The notes below the pieces were generated by a model, which was not told the DNA's origin, searched no databases, and saw only the letters and a list, made by a program, of their open reading frames with translations. Below are positions 1 to 10,350 of a DNA stretch of 64,000 nucleotides, piece by piece. This stretch comes from Macrostomum lignano. Taxonomy: Eukaryota. The stretch covers positions 186,001 to 250,000 of the forward strand of contig NIVC01000077.1 of assembly GCA_002269645.1 (NCBI GenBank), given 5' to 3'. A program made the position numbers and the translations under genes. Position 1 is the stretch's first letter. Every line of letters begins with the position of its first letter.

Positions 1-4
1 AAAA

Positions 5-415
5 ATGACACACGTTACACATATGCAAAATCTGAACGAATTGCAGGTAGGAGACCCAGTTGAATACCGAGGTGAGGGTCTTTTTGATGTGGTTGGTACA
101 GCAGCGAATTTCGTTAAAGACAATATGGGTCTTATAGGCCAAGCAGGCTCTGCAGCAGGTTCTATAACAAACGCTGTAAAGGGCGGAATCGAAGCAGCGA
201 GGGCAGTAGAAGAACTAAAGAAATTGAGAGAATTTAACGACACCCTCTCACAAATAAAAGCAATAAAAGATTTGAAACTAGCGCAGGAAACAACTCAAGC
301 CGCACAACCAACAGAAACCCCCACGAAAAGCACACCAATAAGTAATAAAGATATTCAGGATTTTAATAAAATGTTAACCACAATTAAAGGCGGAAAAGGA
401 TTAAAGAAATTTTAA
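5..415 (+). CDS. Polinton hypothetical virion/core protein (136 aa)
   Basis: Full ORF with AAAAATG start context; G-x-G motifs (RGEG-LF, GGKG-LK) like putative protease sites in other virion ORFs. Confidence 0.7.
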   Translation: MTHVTHMQNLNELQVGDPVEYRGEGLFDVVGTAANFVKDNMGLIGQAGSAAGSITNAVKGGIEAARAVEELKKLREFNDTLSQIKAIKDLKLAQETTQAAQPTETPTKSTPISNKDIQDFNKMLTTIKGGKGLKKF

Positions 416-425
416 CAATATAAAA

Positions 426-1385
426 ATGGACTCAGTTAATGACGAAAAACGGCTATATTTTATAGGAGAAATTGTAGACAGTCTAGGTTTAGATGATAAT
501 AAACATAGCAACACAATGTTAAAAAGATTGGATCGTTTAGGTAAAAAACTTGACTACGATATCGATACATTTAAACTTGCTGCAAAATATGCACAAGAAG
601 GAAGACCAATATCCTTTAAGAATCGCGGTAGAAATTATAGGCTGACAGACTCCGATGTAAAATTTTTATTGGAGACTCACACTAAAAAGGACGGTGGGTT
701 GTTACCTATTTTACCAATTCTTTTAGGCCTCGGAGCAGCCGGAGCAGCCGGTTTAGCAGGAAAAAGAATTCATGATAACATAAAACAGTTAGGAGAATTA
801 AAAGCAAAAGAAGGGGGTATATTACCCCTCGCAACTTTGCTCCCAATAATTTTTGCAGGAATTGGAGCAGCTGGAGGAGTCGCTGGAGGAGCGGCTGGAA
901 TTGCAAAAGCAGTAAATGACAAAAAAGCCGCGGATGAAAAAGCCAAAAGAGAGGCCGAATTTCAAAGACAGCAAATAACACAGGACGCACAATTCAAACA
1001 AAAACTTATAGATACAATTAATAGTAGCTCAGCAACAGCAGAACAAAAAAGAAATGCAGAAGCTAAATTAGCAGCTGGAAAAGGTTTAATTTTAAAAGGA
1101 ACAACCCAAGGAAGTGGAGTTGTCGCAGATAAACTACAGGAATTTGGTCAAACTTTAGAAAAAACGGGTGAGAAAGCTAAAGGATTTTTTGACAATATTG
1201 GATCCAATTTTAGACCGGCTGTTCAGAAAATTTTTAATAAATTAGGAAAAGATTTTAACATCATTGAAAAACACGACGGAAGCGGATTATATCTCGAAAT
1301 GCGACCAAAAGCAGGTTCAGGAATTTTCTTAAATTCAAACGTTATGGGCAATGGATTACTGTTACCAAAAGCAGATCTCGAATAG
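426..1385 (+). CDS. Polinton virion protein with two adenovirus pX(mu)-like GG-(I/L)LP hydrophobic segments (319 aa)
   Basis: GGLLPILPILLGLGAAGAAG and GGILPLATLLPIIFAGIGAAGG resemble the adenovirus pX C-terminal GGILPLLIPLIAAAIGA motif; multiple GxG motifs in the C-terminal half. Confidence 0.75.
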   Translation: MDSVNDEKRLYFIGEIVDSLGLDDNKHSNTMLKRLDRLGKKLDYDIDTFKLAAKYAQEGRPISFKNRGRNYRLTDSDVKFLLETHTKKDGGLLPILPILLGLGAAGAAGLAGKRIHDNIKQLGELKAKEGGILPLATLLPIIFAGIGAAGGVAGGAAGIAKAVNDKKAADEKAKREAEFQRQQITQDAQFKQKLIDTINSSSATAEQKRNAEAKLAAGKGLILKGTTQGSGVVADKLQEFGQTLEKTGEKAKGFFDNIGSNFRPAVQKIFNKLGKDFNIIEKHDGSGLYLEMRPKAGSGIFLNSNVMGNGLLLPKADLE

Positions 1386-1469
1386 GCACCTGGGGGGTGG
1401 GTCAAGACACCAAAAACGCAAAATTAAAAAACCAATAATTCAAATATTATATAAATTTGATTCTATAAA

Positions 1470-4400
1470 ATGGAAGCAATTTTAGCTCAAATCGACAATC
1501 CTGAAATTAGAGCACAATTAATAGCTCAATTGGAATTAGAAAGAGCTAATATAGAAGCTAGAGTTAGGGCAGAAAATGAGATACGTTTAGAAAGACAATT
1601 AAATGATATTGATAACCCCCAACCACAAGGACAAAATGGAGCTAAAGTAATAGATATAGATATAGATATAAATACAAATTATAAAGAATATTTTAAACAA
1701 ATGAAAGATAAATTAAAGACCATATTAAACAATTATACTATAAGGCCAAATAACAAACGACAGCCAATTAAGTATAAAATAGAAGTTGAAACAGAATTTA
1801 AAAAACCAAATATTCTTAGTGCAAATTCAGAAATTGAAGTAATAAATAACTTTTCACAAGAATCATATAAAACACTACTATCAATGGGAAATTACAATAA
1901 TCAATTTAATCAAATAGAAGCTGAGTTTGATGAATGGATAGATAAGATGACAGATAACGGTTCTGGCTTTATATTTGTATCCTGTAATTCAGCAACAGTA
2001 AAGATTGTTCCTATTGAAATTCTTAAAGGACGATCACACATGAATCCCAGATTTAAATCACATATGATTATAAATCCAGACAATAGAGATAATAAATGTT
2101 TATTATGGTGTTTATTAATTCATAAATATCACAATCAAGTAGAATCACACACTAATAAAATATATAATTATAGACAATATGAGGATGAAATAATAATGAA
2201 AAACATATCATACCCAGTAGCAATAGATGATATATATAAGATTGAAAAAATGAATGGTTTAAATATTAATGTGTTTACAATTGAAGAACCAGAAGATCTA
2301 GAAGAAATTTCAACCGATCCAGATTGGTATAAGAAAAGGTGTTATCTTGTTAAGCCAGCAACTGATATAACAGCACCAGATCAAATCGACCTTTTGTACA
2401 TACAGCGTGAAAATGAAACACATTATATATACATAAAGGACATTAGTTCATTTTTACAAGAAAATAGAAATAGATATCCACTATGTAGAAATTGTTTCAC
2501 ATTTAAAAAGGATGAAACAGCTCTTAAAAATCATCAACGATTTTGTTTAGATCATAAATTTACAAATGTTGTAATGCCAGCTTATGAAGATGCAACCCTA
2601 AAGTTCCAACAACATTATATGGCAATTAAAAAACCAATAGTAATATATGCTGATTTTGAAGCAACAAATGTTCCCTTAAAAGAATCACAGACAGTATCTG
2701 ATGGTGAATGCACAAAAAAATTGGCACAACAGTTTCCGAATAGTTATTGTATATATGTACACTCCGTAGCTGATCATATATTTAAATCAAGGATGATTAC
2801 TTACCACGGTAAGGATGCAGCAAAACACATGGCAGAATCATTAGTAAATGTATTTGAATATATTCAAAATCAATATGATAAATTATCAAAAAATATTATT
2901 ATGACAGATAAGGATAGAGACAATTATAAAAATGCAACAAATTGTTATATGTGCAAAAGATATTTAAGTGGGAAAAATAAGATACGAGAACATTGTCATC
3001 TAACGGGAATTTATCGAGGGGCAGCATGTAGATCATGTAACGCAAAAGAAGGAAAAGGATGTAAGGAAATACCAGTATTTTTTCATAATGGTTCCGGCTA
3101 TGATTTTCATTTCTTAGTTCGAGAATTGCTTCATTTAGGTAGGGACGAATATGAAATAAATATATTACCTAAAACATCAGAAAATTACATATCAATAACA
3201 TATGGTAAGAAATACTCCCATCTAGTTTTTCTAGATTCCTTGAGATTCTTATCAACATCTTTAGCAAATGTTGTTTCATCATTAGTTCCAAAACCGTGGG
3301 ATTTAGAAATAGTAAAGAAAAACTTTCCAATACTATTGAATCGTTTCAAAAAGGAAAAACTATCCGAGGAAGAACTAATGCTATTAACTCGTAAGGGCTG
3401 CTACCCATATGAATATGTAACATCTGAAGACGTATTTTTTCATACCGAATTACCACCCATAGAAAAGTTTTATTCAACATTATCACAATCAAATATAAGT
3501 GAATCGGATTATGAACACGCTCAAAAAGTATGGAAATGTTTTAATTGTAAAACATTTAAAGATTATCATAATCTATATCTTAAAGCAGATGTTCTCCTAT
3601 TAGCTGATGCATTTGAAAACTTTAGGAATCATACATATGAGAACTTTAAAATTGATCCCGCTTATTGTTTCAGTGCACCCGGATTAACATGGGCATGTGG
3701 TTTGAAATACACAGATGTTGAGATTGATTTATTAACTGATCATGATATGTTGTTAATGATTGAGAGAGGAATTCGCGGTGGATTCTCGGGGGTATTAGGA
3801 GATAGATATACTAAAGTAAATAATAAATATCTACCAAATTATAATAAAAAAGAAAAATCATCATATGTATTATATCTAGATGCAAACAATTTATACGGTG
3901 GTTGTATGAAACAAAAATTACCAATAGCTGATTTCCAATGGGAAGACGACCCCGATTATTACAAAAATATTCCCGAAGGAAGGGGCTGTATCGTAGAAGT
4001 GGATTTGCAATATACTCGGGAAGCAAAAGCAAAAACATATAAATATCCTTTAGCTCCAGAGCATTGTTCAGTTAATGAAGATGATTTATCACAAACACAA
4101 AAAGATTATCTTAAAGCAGATAATGCAAAACACCTAGCAACAAAAAAATTAATATTAAATTTACATGATAAGAAAAACTATGTAGTGCATTATAAGCTTC
4201 TACAATTTTATGAAAAGCAGGGATTAAAAGTGTCTAAAGTACATCGAACAATATCGTTTATTGAGGAAGATTGGTTAGCTAAATATATTGACTTTAATTC
4301 AAATCAGAGACAGATGTCAAAAACAAATTTTGAGAAAGATTATTGGAAATTAATGAATAATGCTTTTTATGGAAAAACGGTTGAAAATATTAGAGATAGA

Positions 4401-5444
4401 ACCCAATTCCATTTAGAAAAGGATATTGATAAAGCAAAGAAATATTTCTCAAAACCTAACTTTAAAGATTTTATAAAATTTGATGATAACTTTATGGGAA
4501 TACATATGAGAAATAAAACAACAAAATTTCTTAAACCAATATTTATTGGAATGGTTGTTCTAGATTTTGCAAAGCTAGTAATGTATGAATACTATTATGA
4601 TGTTATAAATAAAACATGGCCAGATAACTATCCAATATATGCAGACACCGACAGTTTGGTATTTAAGGTTGAAACAGATGATCGGACGGAGTCCGCGACC
4701 CTGCGGGGCGATCGGGCAAAGCCCGCGAACCAAAGGTTCGATGTCTATAAAGATATGGAAAAAATTAAGGATACATTGGATACATCCGACTATCCGGATA
4801 ACCATCCCTTAAAATCGAATCAAAATAAGAAAGTTGTACTTAAAATGAAAGATGAATTAAATAGCAAAATCATATCCGAGTTTATAGCAATAAGATCAAA
4901 ATGCTATGCATTTAAAGTTTTAGGACAGGAGGGAGAGGTAAAAAAAATAAAAGGGGTATCAAGGGCGGCAGTTAAAAAGATAACATTTGATGATTATAAA
5001 AATGTACTTTTAGATTACCTTAATACAATTGAAAATTATCACACTCCACAATATCGATTAAATTCAGATAAGCATCGGATGTTTGTCATCGAGACAGATA
5101 AAAAAACATTAAGTCCATTTGATGATAAAAGATATTTAGATGATAAAATTAAAACATATCCATATGGTTTAAAAGATGAGATAAAAAATATGATAAAAGA
5201 TAAAAAACAAAAAGAAGATATAATAAGCAAATATAATGAATACAAAGAGGCAATAAATAATTATTATTACGATTGTGATTGTGAATCCGAATGTGAATGT
5301 GAATATAATACATTTCTAGAATATGAAAAAGATATAGATAATTATTATGCAACTTTTCCAAAAGAACTTAAAAAATTAAACAAGGAAAAAGTCTTGGATA
5401 ACTGGAAGAGATTAACAGAAAAACTAATAATGGTAAAAAACTAA
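1470..5444 (+). CDS. polB: Protein-primed family B DNA polymerase (pPolB) with internal EndoVII/HNH-like Zn domain
   Basis: Exo motifs YADFE and HNGSGYDFHF; polymerase motifs YLDANNLYG, KLMNNAFYGK, YADTDS; CYMC..EHCHLTG.YRGAACRSCN insert; C2H2 finger CRNC..HQRFC. Confidence 0.98.
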   Translation: MEAILAQIDNPEIRAQLIAQLELERANIEARVRAENEIRLERQLNDIDNPQPQGQNGAKVIDIDIDINTNYKEYFKQMKDKLKTILNNYTIRPNNKRQPIKYKIEVETEFKKPNILSANSEIEVINNFSQESYKTLLSMGNYNNQFNQIEAEFDEWIDKMTDNGSGFIFVSCNSATVKIVPIEILKGRSHMNPRFKSHMIINPDNRDNKCLLWCLLIHKYHNQVESHTNKIYNYRQYEDEIIMKNISYPVAIDDIYKIEKMNGLNINVFTIEEPEDLEEISTDPDWYKKRCYLVKPATDITAPDQIDLLYIQRENETHYIYIKDISSFLQENRNRYPLCRNCFTFKKDETALKNHQRFCLDHKFTNVVMPAYEDATLKFQQHYMAIKKPIVIYADFEATNVPLKESQTVSDGECTKKLAQQFPNSYCIYVHSVADHIFKSRMITYHGKDAAKHMAESLVNVFEYIQNQYDKLSKNIIMTDKDRDNYKNATNCYMCKRYLSGKNKIREHCHLTGIYRGAACRSCNAKEGKGCKEIPVFFHNGSGYDFHFLVRELLHLGRDEYEINILPKTSENYISITYGKKYSHLVFLDSLRFLSTSLANVVSSLVPKPWDLEIVKKNFPILLNRFKKEKLSEEELMLLTRKGCYPYEYVTSEDVFFHTELPPIEKFYSTLSQSNISESDYEHAQKVWKCFNCKTFKDYHNLYLKADVLLLADAFENFRNHTYENFKIDPAYCFSAPGLTWACGLKYTDVEIDLLTDHDMLLMIERGIRGGFSGVLGDRYTKVNNKYLPNYNKKEKSSYVLYLDANNLYGGCMKQKLPIADFQWEDDPDYYKNIPEGRGCIVEVDLQYTREAKAKTYKYPLAPEHCSVNEDDLSQTQKDYLKADNAKHLATKKLILNLHDKKNYVVHYKLLQFYEKQGLKVSKVHRTISFIEEDWLAKYIDFNSNQRQMSKTNFEKDYWKLMNNAFYGKTVENIRDRTQFHLEKDIDKAKKYFSKPNFKDFIKFDDNFMGIHMRNKTTKFLKPIFIGMVVLDFAKLVMYEYYYDVINKTWPDNYPIYADTDSLVFKVETDDRTESATLRGDRAKPANQRFDVYKDMEKIKDTLDTSDYPDNHPLKSNQNKKVVLKMKDELNSKIISEFIAIRSKCYAFKVLGQEGEVKKIKGVSRAAVKKITFDDYKNVLLDYLNTIENYHTPQYRLNSDKHRMFVIETDKKTLSPFDDKRYLDDKIKTYPYGLKDEIKNMIKDKKQKEDIISKYNEYKEAINNYYYDCDCESECECEYNTFLEYEKDIDNYYATFPKELKKLNKEKVLDNWKRLTEKLIMVKN
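4681..4740. repeat. Two tandem 30-nt double-hairpin modules inserted in frame in pPolB
   Basis: AT+CGGAC-GGA-GTCCG+CGACCC-TGC-GGGGCG+AT+CGGGC-AAA-GCCCG+CGAACC-AAA-GGTTCG, followed by AT; adds 20 aa just after YADTDS. Confidence 0.93.
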
Positions 5445-5798
5445 AGCATGTAATTCTTCGAGCATATCATTAACTGCAATTTCATATAATATTGAAGGCC
5501 AATTTTCCTCGCAGTCGTCAGGATCGGTCGAAGACCGCGACCCTTCGGGGCGGTAACTTAAACATTCTTTTATTTTTTTCCTAAGTACTTTTATTCGTCT
5601 AACCAATCTATCTATTTCAATTTCAATTACTGTTTCAGCATAAGCAAGCGCAGCTTTTATAAAACACATTCTTTTATCCATCTCATATCGGATGGGAAAC
5701 ATTTCGTCCCCCCACTCACTATAAGACATTGAATTTATTTTTTTATTAATATCTTTAATTTCACGCTTTTTAGTGATAAGGATTTTTATTGTCTCCAT
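5424..5798 (-). CDS. Polinton hypothetical protein (likely start METIKI at 5798; contains one 30-nt double-hairpin module at 5523-5552)
   Basis: ORF track 5424..5822; AAAATG context at 5798. Confidence 0.6.
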   Translation of the reverse strand: METIKILITKKREIKDINKKINSMSYSEWGDEMFPIRYEMDKRMCFIKAALAYAETVIEIEIDRLVRRIKVLRKKIKECLSYRPEGSRSSTDPDDCEENWPSILYEIAVNDMLEELHALVFYHY

Positions 5799-5814
5799 TT
5801 TCTTATAAAAAAAA

Positions 5815-6147
5815 TTAGTCATCTTCGCCAGCCTCCCAAACGGAAGCCAATTTTACAGTCCTGTCACTCTTTTTATTATTTGTTTGTTTTAGTTTAAATT
5901 GCAATCCACCCTCGGTGCTGTATTTTATAATGAACGCTTTAGGTTTATTAATAACTAAAACTGGAAAATTTTTAACATCATTCCCACTTAGACATAGTAT
6001 TGTTTGCCCATCTAATTGTAAAAATATCGATTGAAGTCCAATAAATTTAACCTGTCTCAAACATATAATATTATATTCTTTATTCTCCAACATATTGGGT
6101 GTGAGATAATTAATCACATTAGAATCGGTTTTGAACCAGCTCTCCAT
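5815..6147 (-). CDS. Polinton hypothetical protein (110 aa)
   Basis: ORF with TAAAAATG start, tightly packed between neighbouring genes. Confidence 0.65.
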   Translation of the reverse strand: MESWFKTDSNVINYLTPNMLENKEYNIICLRQVKFIGLQSIFLQLDGQTILCLSGNDVKNFPVLVINKPKAFIIKYSTEGGLQFKLKQTNNKKSDRTVKLASVWEAGEDD

Positions 6148-6173
6148 TTTTAATCTAAAAAAATAACAAAAAA

Positions 6174-6686
6174 ATGAAAGACATTTATGAATGTAATAAA
6201 TGTAACGTGACTATGCATAGAGCTCAAACAGTAAACGGAGATATATATCATATGTGTTATTCATGTTCTAAAATATATCAATTTGAAAAAACAAAAAAGA
6301 TTGAAAACTCATATTACTATTTTAAAAACACAATTTTAAGAAATCTTACAAGAGACATATCTGATCCAATTTTAATTCCCGGAAATAATGTTTATTTATA
6401 TAACAACTTTTTCCATTTAAATAAAGGAAAGGGATTAAGTTCGAAAGACGCTGAAAGGATTTTAATTTTAGTTGGATATTATTTTAATTTTCTTATTCGA
6501 GAGAATACAAAGTTCATAAGGATAGGTAACATACCTAACGAAATGTTACTGAAAAAGTCGTTGGAATTTTTATGTATTGATAAAAAATTTAAACCTAGGA
6601 TCACAAGAGAATTACCACTTTGGGAAGAATATATAACATATGCATTAGAAAAATTGTACTTTGTACACATGACTTGTCATGATTAA
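6174..6686 (+). CDS. Polinton hypothetical protein with N-terminal C4 zinc ribbon (170 aa)
   Basis: CNKC-x17-CYSC; AAAAAATG start. Confidence 0.65.
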   Translation: MKDIYECNKCNVTMHRAQTVNGDIYHMCYSCSKIYQFEKTKKIENSYYYFKNTILRNLTRDISDPILIPGNNVYLYNNFFHLNKGKGLSSKDAERILILVGYYFNFLIRENTKFIRIGNIPNEMLLKKSLEFLCIDKKFKPRITRELPLWEEYITYALEKLYFVHMTCHD

Positions 6687-7369
6687 ACAACATTAAGTTC
6701 TACCGCACTACCTGATCGGGGGCTTTGTACCCCAGTACCAATAGTTTCGGGTTCGTAAATACCTAATGTTTCTATCGGCGGAGCTTTGGGTTTGTCGAGT
6801 CTCAACTCTTTTAATTCTATATCGGTAAAAGTTTCAACATCTAAAATTCTATTTCGATCTTTTAAATATTTTTCATATAATTCAACCGCGGTTGATAACT
6901 CGTGAATTGTTATCTCTCCGTCATCCAATATTTTTTGCACATATAAATATAACTGATTTTTATATTGCTTGGCAACATCTCTTAATGATTTATATTTTTC
7001 CTTTCGTTTTTTAAGATATAATTTAATTGCTAAAAGTATTGATAAGTTTCTGATTAATTCAAAACCTGATATTGAGCCAATTGAAATACCTAAAAATAAT
7101 TGAGATAAATTAAGAGTTGGAATAGATTGTAAAATACCTAAAATGATTACACATAACATCGATAAGCTTCCAAAACCAATATTGAAAAAATCCATATTTC
7201 TGATATGGTTTGAAATCCTTCTTACTTTTTTACTATATAAATCATAATCATAGTTAATACGATCAACATTACTTAACATGTGGCCTTTACGTTGGTCGTG
7301 CATAGCACGCGAACCTTCGGTTCGGTCAAAATGGTCACGTTCCCTTTTATCTGCTTCAGACACCGACAT
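6683..7369 (-). CDS. Polinton two-TM membrane protein (228 aa) with one in-frame double-hairpin module (7295-7324)
   Basis: Two adjacent hydrophobic helices followed by a K-rich helix and ILDDGEITIHEL, a layout recalled from conserved Maverick membrane ORFs. Confidence 0.7.
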   Translation of the reverse strand: MSVSEADKRERDHFDRTEGSRAMHDQRKGHMLSNVDRINYDYDLYSKKVRRISNHIRNMDFFNIGFGSLSMLCVIILGILQSIPTLNLSQLFLGISIGSISGFELIRNLSILLAIKLYLKKRKEKYKSLRDVAKQYKNQLYLYVQKILDDGEITIHELSTAVELYEKYLKDRNRILDVETFTDIELKELRLDKPKAPPIETLGIYEPETIGTGVQSPRSGSAVELNVV

Positions 7370-7685
7370 TCTCGTCTATTTTTAATAGCACCAAAATGAA
7401 TTCCCCGCGCTCTTTGGGGATTTGTCCTGAGCTCAATAGGTATTGTATTGGACTTATTCTTTCTTTTTTCTCCCATTTAAATCCAATTTTCCAAAACTCT
7501 TGAAGTATAATATGATTTTTTAATAATTTAATTAATTCTTGAAGTTTCTTATTATCCTGAACATTCACATTGCTAAATAAATATTTGGTATGAGATTTAA
7601 AAGTTTTTATAATCGGTTCTTGTTTAGGAATAGGAATAATAACATTATTATTCTGCCGCATCGATGGAGTTCTACTAAAAGCCAT
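7356..7685 (-). CDS. Polinton hypothetical protein (109 aa)
   Basis: ORF with TATAAAATG start. Confidence 0.6.
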   Translation of the reverse strand: MAFSRTPSMRQNNNVIIPIPKQEPIIKTFKSHTKYLFSNVNVQDNKKLQELIKLLKNHIILQEFWKIGFKWEKKERISPIQYLLSSGQIPKERGEFILVLLKIDENVGV

Positions 7686-7756
7686 TTTATATAGAAATAT
7701 TTAAGTTATCGAACCAAAGGTTCGCGACTTAGGCTTTAGCCTTAGGCGATCGCCCC

Positions 7757-9627
7757 TTAGGGTCGCAGCATTAGCTGATCTGTGTAGGTGGTTTTTCTAA
7801 ATAAGCGGTAGAAGGAAAAACATAGCCGTAGAAAAACGGCAGCGCCACGAATAAAATGTGCAGCATCCGATCCTCCGGTTCGAGCACCAAAACCCATAAG
7901 AGTTCCAGATTTATCTAAAGTTCCCCAATTCCCACTATCATAAGCAAAAACATTTTGCCCAATTAGAGTATAAGAATCGGCTGAAACATTGTATGAATTT
8001 AATCGATACCAAACCCTTTGATTAAGAATATTTATTTCAAACAGATGCCAATCACCATTATCAATATTTGCATAGTCTACCGTTTGATCCGCGTCAGTAT
8101 TAACATCCGCGCGGCTTGATCCATCTGATTTTTTAGAACTCCAAAGTAGGCCAAATTTATCATGCCACTCACTCGCAAAAACTATCAATCCAGCGTCTGT
8201 TGCTAAACCTGCCCCGCTTTCGGTTGTTGGTCGTTCGTGACAATATGCATAAAACCAAACGGCATCTGCACCACCTCCTGTAGCATTAGCAACTCTGAAA
8301 AAGAAAGACGCTGATATATTTTGAAAATGTGTGAAATTAAATTGTAATGCCCCACTGACTCCAACAGTTTCACGAGTAATTCTAGCACCATTTTGATAAT
8401 CGATATAAGAAGCGTCGCCAATTAAAGAACCAACTGGATATATATCTCCGGCGGTTGTTGGATTTTGATATCCAGTCCAATTGCAAATTACTGTCTCGAA
8501 TAATGCAGCATCAATCGCGGGAATATTATCCAATTTATTTTTATCACCTGCAGACATTCTACCGTTTGATGTTGGGGTTGCTACCTGATCTACGTACGCT
8601 CGCGGGGTTGCAGAAAGTATTTGATTCGGCCAATTAAGATCTTGAATTTCAACTCGGTGTTCAAATAATTGAATTAGACGAACCTCGATAGGTTGTGTAG
8701 CGGTGCCACCAGTTGGGAATAAAACACTATAATATTTCCAAAAATTAACCGTTAAATTAGTTAACGCAAATGAAGTTGCTTGAATTGGCGATCCCGACGT
8801 TCGTAATACCGTCCATGCATCGGTAGCAACATTTTTTGCGCGAACCGACCATCCCGATGGGATATCAATAGTTGCGCTGCCTGTAATTCTTAATTCATTT
8901 ATTCTTCGATTATAACCTAAAAATTCAAATTGAATTTCAATATTGGTTGTGGTTCCGGTATTTGGTGACCATTGTGTCGCAAGGCTTCCATCTCCAACTC
9001 GAAAAGCATCGTTGGTATTTTCAGATGCTGTAAGAACAACATCAGGATTTGAAGTATTTGATGTAAGCGGTGTGGCAAAAATATCGGCGTCTGTTACATT
9101 AGCTCGAGCGTTGACTTGCCCTAAATTGACCGAGTCTGTGTCCTCTGTTCCAAATAATAAATTTGTTAATTTAAAATTATTCATATTAATATTGCCAGTA
9201 CGACTACCAACCTGATTATCGACATAGTTCTTATCAACTACCGAGTTATTCGTTGTAATTGCAACATTTATAATTCGATTGTTGTTTCGGTTCCGGTTGC
9301 GGTGGTTTGAACATAACGCGAATCAGAATCATTTCGAGAATAAGAATCAGTTATATCTCTTTTTAAATTTAACCCAGTGTCAACCTCTGTTTTTGTATAT
9401 GAATCACTAATATCTCTTTTAAGATTTAATGAAGTGTCGATTTCAGTTTTGGTATAGGAATCTGCAACGTTTCTTTTTAAATTTAGTTTAGTATCAATTT
9501 CAGTTTTTTTATAACCTTCATCCTCATTAATATATCGGTTATCTCCGAATGTAACACTTATTCCACCAGATGTACCACCACCAGTACTTGTTGTTCCGTT
9601 CCATGAGGGTGTTCCAGAAAATATCAT
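7757..9627 (-). CDS. Fibre/receptor-binding protein (repeat shaft + discoidin-like + legume-lectin head), split by a frameshift near 9270-9310
   Basis: ORF 9268..9627 has YTKTEID-type repeats. The reading NNRIINV..VDKNYVDNQ..NMNNFKLTNL continues in the frame of ORF 7757..9184. Lectin motifs GGGADAVWF and MGFGARTGG..AHFI. Confidence 0.75.
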
Positions 9628-9637
9628 TTTTTACTGC

Positions 9638-10165
9638 CTATTTTATAGAGTCTAAAATCGCCCCGTAGGGTCGCGGACTTCGTCCGATCGTTCCGATGGA
9701 ACGCGTGCTTTGCACGATCGAACCGAAGGTTCGCATACTTTGTATGATATCTTTAAAGTCTTCGGGTCTTTCCTTAGAGTTATTAATTTTATATAAAAAA
9801 TACAACGCCGCTTGCCCGCAATAACTTTTATCAAAGGTTTGAAATTGTTCGTGATGATCTCCACATAAACGATTTTTAGTATGATTAAATTTGTCTTTTA
9901 TTTCCTGTAACGGAGGAAGCGCGTATGAATCAAAAAAATAAACAAGTTTGGGTTTGGAATAAACTGCCGACCAATGAACACCGTTTTCTTTTGTTGTTTC
10001 TATATTGACAATGTAAGATCCATATTGTGGTAAGTCTTTGATCTCATCTCGCATAACACATCTAAATGGTTTTATTTTTAGTTGCCGCGCCCAATTTGTT
10101 AATTCAATATTGCTTGTTGTGTCAGTTCCATATCTTTGTTTGAACAACTGCCAATTCAAAGTCAT
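9638..10165 (-). CDS. Adenain-like cysteine maturation protease
   Basis: Catalytic motifs GVHW, YFFDSY, QTFDKSYCG; the C-terminal 30 aa before LDSIK derive from three double-hairpin modules. Confidence 0.95.
   Translation of the reverse strand: MTLNWQLFKQRYGTDTTSNIELTNWARQLKIKPFRCVMRDEIKDLPQYGSYIVNIETTKENGVHWSAVYSKPKLVYFFDSYALPPLQEIKDKFNHTKNRLCGDHHEQFQTFDKSYCGQAALYFLYKINNSKERPEDFKDIIQSMRTFGSIVQSTRSIGTIGRSPRPYGAILDSIK
9657..9748. repeat. Three tandem 30-nt double-hairpin modules in the protease 3' end
   Basis: AT CGCCCC-GTA-GGGTCG CGGAC-TTC-GTCCG AT CGTTCC-GAT-GGAACG CGTGC-TTT-GCACG AT CGAACC-GAA-GGTTCG CATAC-TTT-GTATG AT. Confidence 0.93.
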
Positions 10166-10166
10166 T

Positions 10167-10340
10167 TTATGTTCCTGAAAAACTCTTGGTTTTGATTAGT
10201 TTCGTAGGTTTGGATTTTAACAGTTCCTTTCGGATTTTTTCTGCTTGAAGTTGTTTCAATTTTGTTAGTTCGATTTCATAATTATCCTTTGCATTTTGAA
10301 CTTTATCTGATTGTTTTTTTAAACTATTATTGTTACCCAT
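10167..10340 (-). CDS. Small basic protein with N-myristoylation consensus (57 aa; below ORF-track cutoff)
   Basis: MGNNNSLKKQ...KSFSGT*; TAAAAATG start; fills the gap between penton and protease exactly. Confidence 0.7.
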   Translation of the reverse strand: MGNNNSLKKQSDKVQNAKDNYEIELTKLKQLQAEKIRKELLKSKPTKLIKTKSFSGT

Positions 10341-10350
10341 TTTTACAATG

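Noticed and set aside
2930-3060. HNH/EndoVII-like domain in pPolB as a novelty
   Set aside because: Already a recognised feature of one Polinton pPolB lineage
6668-6733. CATGAC-TT-GTCATG and ATCGGGGGC-TTT-GTACCCC as members of the hairpin family
   Set aside because: Wrong geometry or too degenerate to assign
7757-7759. Fibre stop codon in a hairpin loop as support for a terminator role
   Set aside because: The fibre C-terminus probably depends on a homopolymer indel, so the true stop is uncertain
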